In this document: positions 52,735-64,000 of the stretch, piece after piece | How the letters are laid out: every line of letters starts with the position of its first letter | How positions within the stretch are numbered: position 1 is the stretch's first letter | Assembly: GCA_951406725.2 (NCBI GenBank) | Contig: OX597814.1 | Span: 207,080,001 to 207,144,000, forward strand | Source of the DNA: Octopus vulgaris | Taxonomy: Eukaryota | Length of the DNA stretch: 64,000 nucleotides | Direction: 5' to 3' | Notes under the pieces: generated by a model | What the model was told of the DNA's origin: nothing | Database searches by the model: none | What the model saw: the letters and a program-made list of their open reading frames with translations, nothing else | Made by a program: the position numbers and the translations under genes

Positions 52735-53597
52735 CCTGTGTCTGTTTGCTGTGGTGGTCTGGTATATAGTGGGTAGTCCCACCTGCGGGCTTGGGTTTGA
52801 TGAAGCCAGGTCAGCTGCTGTACAATCTTTTGTGCCATGCACAAAAAAGATTGTTGCTCAGCAGCTGCTCTTTCGACAACATCATGTTGGCTGTTTGTGG
52901 CGCGCACAACATCTGCGTACCTCCGCTTTGGGGCAGGTGGTGCGTGGTCCATCCCTTTTCTTTGTGTTGATGGTTTGTCCATCTGCCTCGTGTCTCTGTG
53001 GCAGGGTCCCCGATGTGCAAAGCGGCAGCCTGCACCTTCCTTTCCATGCCAGCAGGAACCTCTCAGGTAGAACATACACACCCGTGTGCGCTGTTTGGTT
53101 CCATCCTTTGCGGTTCCACTTCTATTTCTGGTTGTTTCACTCTTTGGTCCTGCTTGAGCTTTTTCTTTTCCTTTAGCTCTTCCAGTCCTTCTTTTAGTTC
53201 TTCTTCCTCCCTCTACCTCTTCACCGGGTTCTCCGTCTCCATGGCCCTTGCTGCCGGTTGGAGAACTTGCACCTGGGTTCACTTCCCGGGCAGGTTTCTC
53301 ATTCAAAACCTCCTCCCGGGCGTCCACCAGGTGGGGGTGACTTCTTTCATCGTCTCCATTCTTGCCATCTTTGCCCCGCTCGTTCTCAAAGATGGCATCA
53401 AGTGCGCCAATGTGCGACCGTACAAGCGCATATGAGCGCACGAATTCCTGTCTCTTTCGCTCCATTTGAGCCGCTGTCCTCTTGTAGCCTCTGCTCTTCA
53501 GCGCAGCCGCAATCACCTCCCTAGGGCTATCTCCGCCGGCGCACTCCCATGCTCGTACGAATAAATCCAGCTCGTCACGTCTCCATGCTCTGGACAT
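52686..53597 (-). CDS. LINE ORF1 with Myb/SANT(trihelix)-like N-terminus and CCCH zinc finger
   Basis: AWRRDELDLFVRAW...IAAALKSRGYKRTAAQMERKRQEF resembles trihelix Myb/SANT domains; CMFYLRGSCWHGKEGAGCRFAH is a CCCH pattern. Confidence 0.8.
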   Translation of the reverse strand: MSRAWRRDELDLFVRAWECAGGDSPREVIAAALKSRGYKRTAAQMERKRQEFVRSYALVRSHIGALDAIFENERGKDGKNGDDERSHPHLVDAREEVLNEKPAREVNPGASSPTGSKGHGDGEPGEEVEGGRRTKRRTGRAKGKEKAQAGPKSETTRNRSGTAKDGTKQRTRVCMFYLRGSCWHGKEGAGCRFAHRGPCHRDTRQMDKPSTQRKGMDHAPPAPKRRYADVVRATNSQHDVVERAAAEQQSFLCMAQKIVQQLTWLHQTQARRWDYPLYTRPPQQTDTGWTPPATTYTSPRYSY

Positions 53598-53659
53598 GCT
53601 GGATAATCCGTCTATCCGTTTATCTATCTAATTATGTTCGAGAGAAGACAGGAAGATAT

Positions 53660-55180
53660 TAAGGCTAATTAGAAGATAGAGTACTTGAAAAAGAAATATT
53701 AACAATATTAAAGTTTGTGTAAAAACGTTATTTGGGTAAAAACGTTATTTAATCTTAAGGCTAATTAGGGGATAGAGTATCTGAAAATGTATTAGCAATA
53801 TTAATATTATGTTAGAGTGTGGATAAAAACGTTGTTTAATCTTAAGGCTAATTAGGAGATAGAGTATCTGAAAATATATTAGCAATATTAATATTATATT
53901 AGAGTGTGGGTAAAAAAAAACGTTATTTAATCTTAAGGCTAATTTGGAGATAGAGTATCTGAAAATATATTAGCAATATTAATATTATATTAGAGTGTGG
54001 GTAATATTAAACGTTATTTAATTTAATCTTAAGGCTAATTAGAAGACAGAGTATCTGAAAAATTATATATACAATATTAAGCAATATTAACCGTTATTTA
54101 ATTTAATCTTAAGGCTAATTAGAAGATAGAGTATCTGAAAATATATTAGCAATATTAATATTATATTAGAGTGTGGATAAAAACGTTATTTAATCTTAAG
54201 GCTAATCAGGAGATAGAGTATCTGAAAATATATTAGCAATGTAAATATTATATTAGAGTGTGGGTAATATTAAACGTTATTTAATTTAATCTTAAGGCTA
54301 ATTAGAAGATAGAGTATCTGAAGAATTATTAACAATATTAAACGTTATTTAATTTAATCTTAAGGCTAATTAGAAGATAGAGTATCTGAAAATATATTAG
54401 CAATATTAATATTATATTAGAGTGTGGATAAAAACGTTATTTAATCTTAAGGCTAATCAGGAGATAGAGTATCTGAAAATATATTAGCAATGTAAATATT
54501 ATATTAGAGTGTGGGTAATATTAAACGTTATTTAATTTAATCTTAAGGCTAATTAGAAGATAGAGTATCTGAAGAATTATTAACAATATTAAACGTTATT
54601 TAATTTAATCTTAAGGCTAATTAACAATAATTATTAACAATATTAAACAATATTAAACGTTATTTAATTTAATCCTAAGGCTAATTAACAATAATTATTA
54701 ACAATATTAAACAATATTAAACGTTATTTAATTTAATCTTAAGGCTAATTAACAGTAATTATTAACAATATTAAACAATATTAAACGTTATTTAATTTAA
54801 TCCTAAGGCTAATTAACAATAATTATTAACAATATTAAACGTTATTTAATTTAATCCTAAGGCTAATTAACGTAATTATTAACAATATTAAACGTTATTT
54901 AATTTAATCTTAGGGCTAATTAGAAGTTATTAATATTAAACGTTATTTAATTTAATCTTAGGGCTAATTAGAAGATAGAGTATCTGAAAGATTATTAACA
55001 ATATTAAACGTTATTTAATTTAATCTTAAGGCTAATTAACAATAATTATTAACAATATTAAACAATATTAAACGTTATTTAATTTAATCCTAAGGCTAAT
55101 TTGACGGTATCAATATTAAACGTTATTTAATTTAATCTTAAGGCTAATTAGAAGATAGAGTATCTGGAAAATTATTATAT
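53660..55180. repeat. Complex tandem array (~45-85-bp related monomers) upstream of LINE ORF1
   Basis: Recurrent aaacgttatttaat(ttaat)cttaaggctaatt followed by agaagatagagtatctgaa or aacaataattattaacaatatt; higher-order repeat visible at 54100-54600. Confidence 0.92.
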
Positions 55181-55610
55181 CGAGAACAGATATTGAAAAT
55201 GTAAACAAACAAAATGACGATCGCAACTTTAACTAAGATGTGGGCCTAAGTGAAAGATAAAATAGAATAATAAATAAAATATGAAATAGATGAAATTGAT
55301 ACTTAATCCAACAATGTGGTCAGGATTATTTTTCTTGGTTTACGGGAGAGATACTTCTTTTTCTTTCTTGCAGGAGATAACTTGATTCAGTTATTTTTGC
55401 ACCATGTGCGTTTCGGCGAAAATGAAAATTACTGTGTATATGTATATATTTATATATATATTTTTTAAAAATATTTTTAACCAAAGTGTTGTAGTGATCT
55501 CTATGACTTAGAGTTTTACGTTTTGCAACTACAGTGGGTTATTTCGCCGTTCTATGCAAACTTTTTCACAGAGCAAAGGCAATCACGTCTTTCTCTGCGG
55601 AAAACGGAAC

Positions 55611-55668
<58 letters not shown>

Positions 55669-56197
55669 AACTATAATATTAAAATTAATAATTTAACGGC
55701 GGTGCATCAGCATGGCCGCAGCTCTGACCTGAAACTAAAAAAAAAACATATCATCGAAAATATATTTGTTTGTGTGTATGAGTGTGTGTGCGTGTGTGTG
55801 CATATGTGCGTGCGTGTGTGATATATATATATACACACAATATTAAAATTTATAATATCTACGAAACTATGTTTGTGTGTGTGTGTGTTTGTGTGTGCGT
55901 GTGTGTGTGTTTTTGTGTGTTTATGTGTGTTTGTGTGTGTTTGTGTGTGTTTATGTGTGTATGTGCGTATGTTCGTGCGCGCGTGTGTGTGTGAAAGCGC
56001 TTGGCTTAGTGGTCAGTTTATTCGGCTCCCGATCATAAGGATATATTGTCGGTCGCGAGATCTACCTGGATTTTTGCAGAAGATCAGCCTGGAGGAAAAA
56101 GAAAAGAAGGAAAAAATCCTAATATCCTTAGATGCCGAGAACTTTCCTAAGAATCTTAGCTGTCCCTAATAACACTGATTTCTGGAGAGAGGGGGAC

Positions 56198-56237
<40 letters not shown>

Positions 56238-56384
56238 GCAGAAATAGAATAGTTGTCAGCCATAATTTATGCATAAATTAAAACTTACAGCTTAATTGAC
56301 AGGGAAGTCGTCACGCTGTTTACTTTCGGTCTGGGTAAATATCCTAAACCAGCGAAGCAGTAATAAAAGTGATTGTAATTATTA

Positions 56385-56575
56385 TATCGGTTTTAAAATT
56401 TGGCACAAGGCCAGCAACTTCGGGCGAGGCTGTCACTCGTTTGTAACGACCACAGTGCTTGACTGATCGACCTTGAAATGATGAAAGGCAAATTTGAACT
56501 CCTGACGTACAGACAGATGAAACGCCGCAAAACATTTCACCAGACGTGCAAACGATTCCGCCAGCTCGACGCCTC
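56385..56575 (-). mobile_element. SINE family B, diverged
   Basis: Degenerate head and core on the minus strand. Confidence 0.6.
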
Positions 56576-57155
56576 ACACTCGATTAATATCAAGTATTGC
56601 TCACAGTAAAACTCACAGAGACTTTGAAATTATACTGCAACCTCTCTCCTCTCTCTGGTGTAAAGAGGAATAAGAAAGTTTTTAATATTTGTTTATCTAA
56701 ACAAGGATGTGTATGAACTATAATTATAGTTTTTGGGGTTTTCTGCACTTAGTTATTTGAAGTGCTGGTCAAGTAACTCTGTTAATTGTTAATTATATGT
56801 ATTAGCCCTCCTAACCAATATGAGCCAGAAAAATACGAGATGGCTACTTAAATGAAAGAACTTAAATGAAAGAGAAGAGCAGTACTTCAGATAATGTTAT
56901 TCAATAAATGTCTCTTTTATATTAGGTTATTCTTATTGTTATCGGAGCATTGGTTTCAATATCGCCCAATCTGAAAAAAATATCTGAAAACTTTAGGAAT
57001 AGCCTACAATCTAGAGGTATTGCAAAAGTCGGCATTAGCTGGAACTGCATGCCTATTGCGTAAAATGCTGTCTGTCTGAGGTTCTTGTTGTGACAAGACA
57101 AATAGTACGATATCTTCAATGAACAACTTCACAATATTGTATACTGTGCGTCATG

Positions 57156-57216
<61 letters not shown>

Positions 57217-57500
57217 GGAAACCCAAAAATGGCAGAAATTCAAAAGATAGTGCTCATGGGAACTGCTCATATCCTACGCAAAATACTTTCTATGTAATCT
57301 CAAGGTTTAAAACAAACATAATTTTCGGTTTAAAAAAAAAAAAACCTTTTTTTAGACATTCATTAGTACAACACCCCCACCCCCAAATATATGGCACACT
57401 AGGCATAACAACAACATGAACTTCCAACCCTGTTGTCTCTTGAGGTCTCTGGGTGAGACTTGGAGCCAACTTGTACAAATATAAAGCAAAAGTCAAACAT

Positions 57501-58409
<909 letters not shown>

Positions 58410-58795
58410 TAATAGGGGCAATTAAAAAAGAAACAGAGAGGCTAACAGTAGCAGCCCAAGATCATGCAATAAAACAAACAACTTGAGAAAAATATATATG
58501 GAGAGAAGGTGTAAGAAAAGTGATGAGGTTGTGGAACTTGGAACGGGGCAATGGCGCATATTGTGAGAAGAATATAAGAAATTGTGGAACGACCAGTTTG
58601 TAAAATTTATGCACTGAAAACTGTGCCAGAAATGGGTGAAGCTGGAAACACATGGTACAATTATCGAGTCGAAAGAGTACTAGAGTTGGAGAAATGTAAG
58701 ATTTTGCGGGACTTTCCTATTCAAACATACAAGAAAACAATAGATAAGATATTACAGTCATTGATAAGGAAAAGAGAAGCTGCTTACTTATCGAC
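58410..58795 (+). mobile_element. R4/Dong LINE fragment
   Basis: KKETE...AAQD, WYNYRVERVLE.EKCKILRDFPIQT; starts directly after (AAT)n. Confidence 0.7.
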
Positions 58796-58799
58796 CCAT

Positions 58800-59165
58800 T
58801 ATGGGGGAGAAGACTACTCGATTACATCGGTCCCAGTGTTTCACTGGTACTTAATTTATGAATCCGGAAAGGATGAAAAGCAAGGTCGACCTCGGCGGAA
58901 TTTGAACGCAGAACGTAACGACTGGCGAAATACCTATTTCTTTACTATCCACAAGGGGCTAAACACAGGGAGGACAAACAAGGACAATCGGATTAAGTCG
59001 ATTATATCGAGCCCCAGTGCGTAACTGGTACTTAATTTAATCGACGCCGAAAGGATAAAAGGCAAAGTCGACATCGGCGGAATTTGAACTCAGAACGTAG
59101 CGGCAGATGAAATACCTCTAAGCATTTCGCCCGGCGTGCTAACGGTTTTGCCAGCTCGCTGCCTT
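58800..59165 (-). mobile_element. SINE family B, dimeric copy
   Basis: Reverse complement of the 20715-21112 structure. Confidence 0.85.
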
Positions 59166-59567
59166 CGATGTTCTAAATAATACATGTAATTCCTACTATA
59201 TTCCGGTCGCCACCTTCCAAGTCTTGAATTTATCTATATGGCAATGGAAAGCATGAAAGAGACGAGTTTCTGTTAGAGGCTTACGGAACTTTAAGTCACA
59301 TAGAATTGAATAAATTTTCTTCTAATAATATATGTAACTCTTACTGAATGTGTTGAATGCTCCTTCTCGTTCGTTTGTCCACTCAATTGAGGAGGAGCTG
59401 AAAAGCTCCATCGCAGAAGGTCTGGTTAGAGGCCCAAGCATTCAAGTTCACTTAGAAAAACTGAAGAATTATTACGATAATTGAACCTGAGAGGGGTTGA
59501 ATAAAATCTTAACTAATTGGCCCTCATGTATTTTTTTTACCCAAAACATTTCAGCCCCTCTCGGACG

Positions 59568-60068
59568 TATGTATGTATGTATGTATGTATGTATGTATGT
59601 ATGTATGTATGTATGTGTGTATGTATGTATGTATGTATGTATGTATGTATGTATGTATGTATGTATGTATGCATGCATGTATGTATGTATGCATGCATGT
59701 ATGTATGTATGTATGTATGTATGTATGTATGTATGTATGTATGTATGTTATGTATGTATGTATGTATGTATGTATGTATGTATGTATGTTATGTATGTAT
59801 GTATGTTATGTATGTACGTATGTATGCATGTATGTATGCATGTATGTATGTATGTATGTATGTATGTATGTATGTATGTATGTATGTATGTATGTATGTA
59901 TGTATGTATGTATGTATACATGTATGTATGTATGTATGTATGTATGTATGTATGTATGTATGTATGTATGTATGCATGTATGTATGTATGTATGTATGTA
60001 TGTATGTATGTATGTATGTATGTATGTAGGTATGTATGTATGTATGTATGTATGTATGTATGTATGTA

Positions 60069-60104
<36 letters not shown>

Positions 60105-60234
60105 TGTATGTATGTATGTCTGTATGTATGTATGTATGTATGTATGTATGTATGTATGTATGTATGTATGTATGTATGTATGTATGTATGTATGTCTGTA
60201 TGTATGTATGTATACATGTATGCATGTATGTATG

Positions 60235-60268
<34 letters not shown>

Positions 60269-60504
60269 TGTATGTATGTTATGTATGTATGTATGTTATG
60301 TATGTATGTATGTATGTATGTATGTATGTATGTATGTATGTATGTATGTATGTATGTATGTATGTATGTATGTATGTATGTATGTATGTATGTATGTATG
60401 TATGTATGTATGTATGTATGTATGTATGTATGTATGCATGTATGTATGTATGTATGTATGTCTGTATGTATGTATGTATACATGTATGCATGTATGTATG
60501 TATG

Positions 60505-60538
<34 letters not shown>

Positions 60539-60928
60539 TGGATGGATGGATGGATGGATGTATGCATGTATGTATGTATGTATGTATGTATGTATGCATG
60601 TATGTATCTATGCATGTATGCATGTATGTATGTATGTATGTATGTATGTATGTATGTATGTATGTATGTATGTATGCATGCATGTATGTATGTATGTATG
60701 TATGTATGTATGTATGCATGTATGCATGTATGCATGTATGTTTGTATGTATGTATGTATGTATGTATGTATGCATGCATGTATGTATGTATGTATGTATA
60801 CATGTATGCATGTATGTATGTATGTATATATGCTTGTATGTATGTATGTATGTATGGATGGATGGATGGATGGATGGATGTATGCATGTATGTATGTATG
60901 TATGTATGTATGTATGTATGTATGTATG

Positions 60929-60959
<31 letters not shown>

Positions 60960-61151
60960 GTATGTATGTATGTATGTATGTATGTATGTATGTATGTATG
61001 GATGGATGCATGTATGTATGTATGTATGTATGTATGTATGTATGTATGTTATGTATGTATGTATGTATGTATGTATGTTATGTATGTATGTTATGTATGT
61101 ATGTATGTATGTATGTATGTATGCATGTATATATGTATGTATGTATGCATG

Positions 61152-61185
<34 letters not shown>

Positions 61186-61706
61186 TGTATGTATGTATGT
61201 ATGTTATGTATGTATGTTATGTATGTATGTATGTATGTATGTATGTATGTTATGTATGTATGTATGTATGTATGTTATGTATGTATGTTATGTATGTATG
61301 TATGTATGTATGTTATGTATGTATGTATGTACGTATGTATGTACGTATGTATGTACGTAAGTATGTATGTATGTTATGTATGTATGTATGTATGTATGTA
61401 TGTATGTATGTATGTTATGTATGTATGTTATGTATGTATGTATGTATGTATGTATGTACGTATGTATGTACGTATGTATGTACGTAAGTATGTATGTATG
61501 TTATGTATGTATGTATGTATGTATGTATGTTATGTATGTATGTATGTATGTATGATGTATGTACGTATGTATGTATGTAAGTATGTATGTATGTATGTAA
61601 GTATGTATGTATGTATGTATGTATGTATGTATGTATGTAGGTATGTATGTATGTATGTATGTATGCATGTATGTATGTAGGTATGTAGGTATGTATGTAT
61701 GTATGT
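59568..61706. repeat. ~2.1-kb (TATG)n microsatellite with variant units
   Basis: Direct inspection; source of the MYVC ORFs. Confidence 0.97.
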
Positions 61707-62279
61707 CATTTTTCAGTTTTATTTCAAAATTTCTTGCCAATAGAGAAAGATCCAGTTTCTAACCTAGATCCAAGACTCCTTTTTTGCAATTTCAACATCA
61801 ACAACGGTATTTTAATTTGTATGTATGTATGTATGCATGTATGTATGTATGTATGTATGTATGTATGTATGTATGTATGTATGTATGTATGTATGTATGT
61901 ATGTATGTATATTTGTGAGAATTCAGCATCTCATTTTCCAATGTATTAACTTTTGGCCGGCAGGTTGTGACATGAAGGAAATTTCTCAGCTACTTCTTGT
62001 GAGTAAAGCTTTCTTTTGGCACTTGGGTCCTTTCATTGTTTTACGTCTGTGAAAAGAAACTCGTTTGTCAAGTTTTCTTTAGAAACAAAAATTGCAGTTT
62101 TGACATGTGCACTCCCATATCCATAAGTATGTATGTATGCATGTATGCATGTATGTATGCTTGTACATATGCATGCCTATGCACACATATATATATTTAT
62201 ATATTACCGGAGTCATTCTTGTTGCTTATTTTGATAGGTCTCTTTCTTTCTTTTGTTATCTTACCGTTTTATCAATATA

Positions 62280-64000
62280 TCATCATCATCATCATCATCA
62301 TCGTTTAACGTCCGCTTTCCGCGCTAGCACGGGTTGGACGGTTTGACCGGGTCTGGGAAGCCAGGGGCCGCTCCAGGCTCCAGTCTGAATCTGGCAGAGT
62401 TTCTACGGCTGGATGCCCTTCCTAACGCCAACCACTCCGTGAGTGGATTGGGTGCTTTTTACGTGCCACCTGCACAGGGGCCGGAGGGTCCGGCATCGTC
62501 ACGATCGGATTCGAGCATTTTAACGTGTCAGCGGCACGGGGGCAACGAGGTCCGGGGTACTTTGGGGATCGGGGTATTTTGGGGATCCAGGGTACTTTGG
62601 GGATCCGGGGTACTTTGGGGATCCGGGGTACTTAGAATGGGTAGGGGGTACTTAGCATGGGTAGGGGGTATGTGGAATTGCTGCAGAAAGCAGCCCGGGT
62701 CTTTGTAGTCACAGCATATCTCCAGAGATCTCGGTCCTTCGCCATTGCCTCAGTGAGGCCCAATGCTCTGAGGTCATGCTTGACCACCTCATCCCATGTC
62801 TTCCTGGGTCTACCTCTCCCCCTGATACCTTCAACTGTTTGGGAGTGGCACTTCTTCACACATCTCTCTTCATCCATCCGCAGCACATGACCATACCATC
62901 GCAAGCGTCGCTCTTGCACACCACATCTGATGCTTCTTATATCCAGCATTTCTCTCAGGATACTTACACTCTGTTTTGCGTGCACACTGACACTACACAT
63001 CCAGCGGATCATGCTAGCTTCATTTCTTTCAAGTCTACGCATGTCTTCTGCAGTCACAGCCCATGTTTCATTACCGTGAAGCATGGCAGTTCGCACACAT
63101 GCATCATATAATCTACCTTTTGCTCTGAGGGAGAGGCCTTTTGTTGCCAGTAGGGGTAGGAGCTTTCTGAACTTTGCCCAGGCTATTCGTATTCTAGTGG
63201 TGATACTCTCTGTGCATCCACCTCCGCTACTAACTTGGTCTCCCAGGTAGCGGAAACTATCAACTACTTCTAGTTTCTCTCCCTGGAGTGTGATGGAATC
63301 TGTTTTCTGAGTGTCTGTTGTGTCTATTGTCCCTGTGCATCTGCCGCACATGAAAGCTATCTTATCTGTTAATTTCCCTTTAATGTTGCTGCACCTCTTA
63401 TGTGTCCATAACTTACATTGGGTGCATCTTATGGAGTTTCTACCTGTACCTTTCCTACAGGTTGAGCAGGGCCACCTACCCGAGGGGATGTGTGTTGAGT
63501 ACCTCTTGCTGCTTACTAATACTTTGGTCTTTGCTACATTTATTCTAAGGCCCTTTGATTCCAACCCTTGCTTCCATACCCGAAATTTCTCTTCTAGTTC
63601 CGGTAGTGATTCTGCTATGAGAGCTAGGTCATCGGCATAGAGGAGCTCCCAGGGGCATCCCGTTTTGAATTCCTCTGTTATTGCTTGAAGGACTATGATG
63701 AACAAAAGGGGACTGAGGGCTGAGCCCTGGTGCACACCTACTTCTACTCGGAATTCTTCACTATATTCGTTGCCAATCCTAACCTTGCTAACAGCCTCTC
63801 TGTATAGAGCCTGTACAGCCCTTATTAGCCATTCTTCAATCTCCAGTTTCCGCATCGACCACCAGATAAGGGAACGGGGAACCCTGTCAAAGGCTTTCTC
63901 CAAGTCTACAAAAGCTATGTAGAGGGGTTTATCTTTAGCTAGGTACTTCTCCTGCAGTTGTCGGACCAGGAATATAGCATCAGTGGTGCTTCTACCTGGT
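62280..64000 (-). mobile_element. RTE-clade LINE, 3' part (continues past the window end), (GAT)n tail at 62280-62302
   Basis: Open RT frame, 3' UTR with ggatgcccttcctaacgccaacc and short ~18-bp tandem repeats at 62550-62630, trinucleotide tail. Confidence 0.9.
62632..64000 (-). CDS. RTE reverse transcriptase (partial) with an inserted PHD-like Cys/His finger
   Basis: FVDLEKAFDRV, GVHQGSALSPLLF, LLYADD, KTK, FRYLG, RLRWYGHV, GRPRKTW; insert CSTC...CTQC..WTHKRC...CGRC. Confidence 0.88.
   Translation of the reverse strand, partial: PGRSTTDAIFLVRQLQEKYLAKDKPLYIAFVDLEKAFDRVPRSLIWWSMRKLEIEEWLIRAVQALYREAVSKVRIGNEYSEEFRVEVGVHQGSALSPLLFIIVLQAITEEFKTGCPWELLYADDLALIAESLPELEEKFRVWKQGLESKGLRINVAKTKVLVSSKRYSTHIPSGRWPCSTCRKGTGRNSIRCTQCKLWTHKRCSNIKGKLTDKIAFMCGRCTGTIDTTDTQKTDSITLQGEKLEVVDSFRYLGDQVSSGGGCTESITTRIRIAWAKFRKLLPLLATKGLSLRAKGRLYDACVRTAMLHGNETWAVTAEDMRRLERNEASMIRWMCSVSVHAKQSVSILREMLDIRSIRCGVQERRLRWYGHVLRMDEERCVKKCHSQTVEGIRGRGRPRKTWDEVVKHDLRALGLTEAMAKDRDLWRYAVTTKTRAAFCSNSTYPLPMLSTPYPF

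Larger units (their letters stand above)
49645..55434 (-). mobile_element. Apparently full-length, intact CR1/L2-group LINE
   Basis: Two open ORFs, 3' stem-loop plus (CAAT)n tail at 49645-49711, long tandem-repeat 5' region, putative CAGT start at 55434, TA-rich DNA on both sides. The 5' boundary is inferred. Confidence 0.85.

Noticed and set aside
52616-53524. Plus-strand ORFs overlapping LINE ORF1
   Set aside because: Antisense shadows in GC-rich coding DNA with no recognisable motifs.
54900-54970. TTAGGG telomeric motifs in the LINE 5' array
   Set aside because: Isolated single variants of the usual TTAAGG; not tandem telomeric repeats.

Overview
AT-rich, repeat-dominated animal genomic DNA. 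The SINE, Penelope and LINE repertoire and the extreme microsatellite load point to a coleoid cephalopod (Octopus-like); this is an inference. The only convincing host genes are two tandem minus-strand paralogues (13404-15611 and 29611-31821). Each has an intron-free CDS encoding a ~735-aa protein with a signal peptide, a cysteine-containing ectodomain and about 9-10 hydrophobic segments; I cannot assign them to a named family. An inverted pseudogene fragment of the same family lies at ~8183-9112. The rest is mobile DNA. It includes an apparently intact CR1/L2-group LINE whose ORF1 has Myb/SANT-like and CCCH motifs and whose 5' region is a tandem array. There are several Penelope-like elements with inverted terminal repeats and many minimal hammerhead ribozyme motifs, RTE and R4/Dong LINE relics, three tRNA-derived SINE families, and mariner/MITE pieces. 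A 3.6-kb array of a 38-bp unit has expanded inside a hammerhead-bearing element. Most short ORFs in the supplied track are microsatellite artefacts. Repeat boundaries were read by eye and are approximate.
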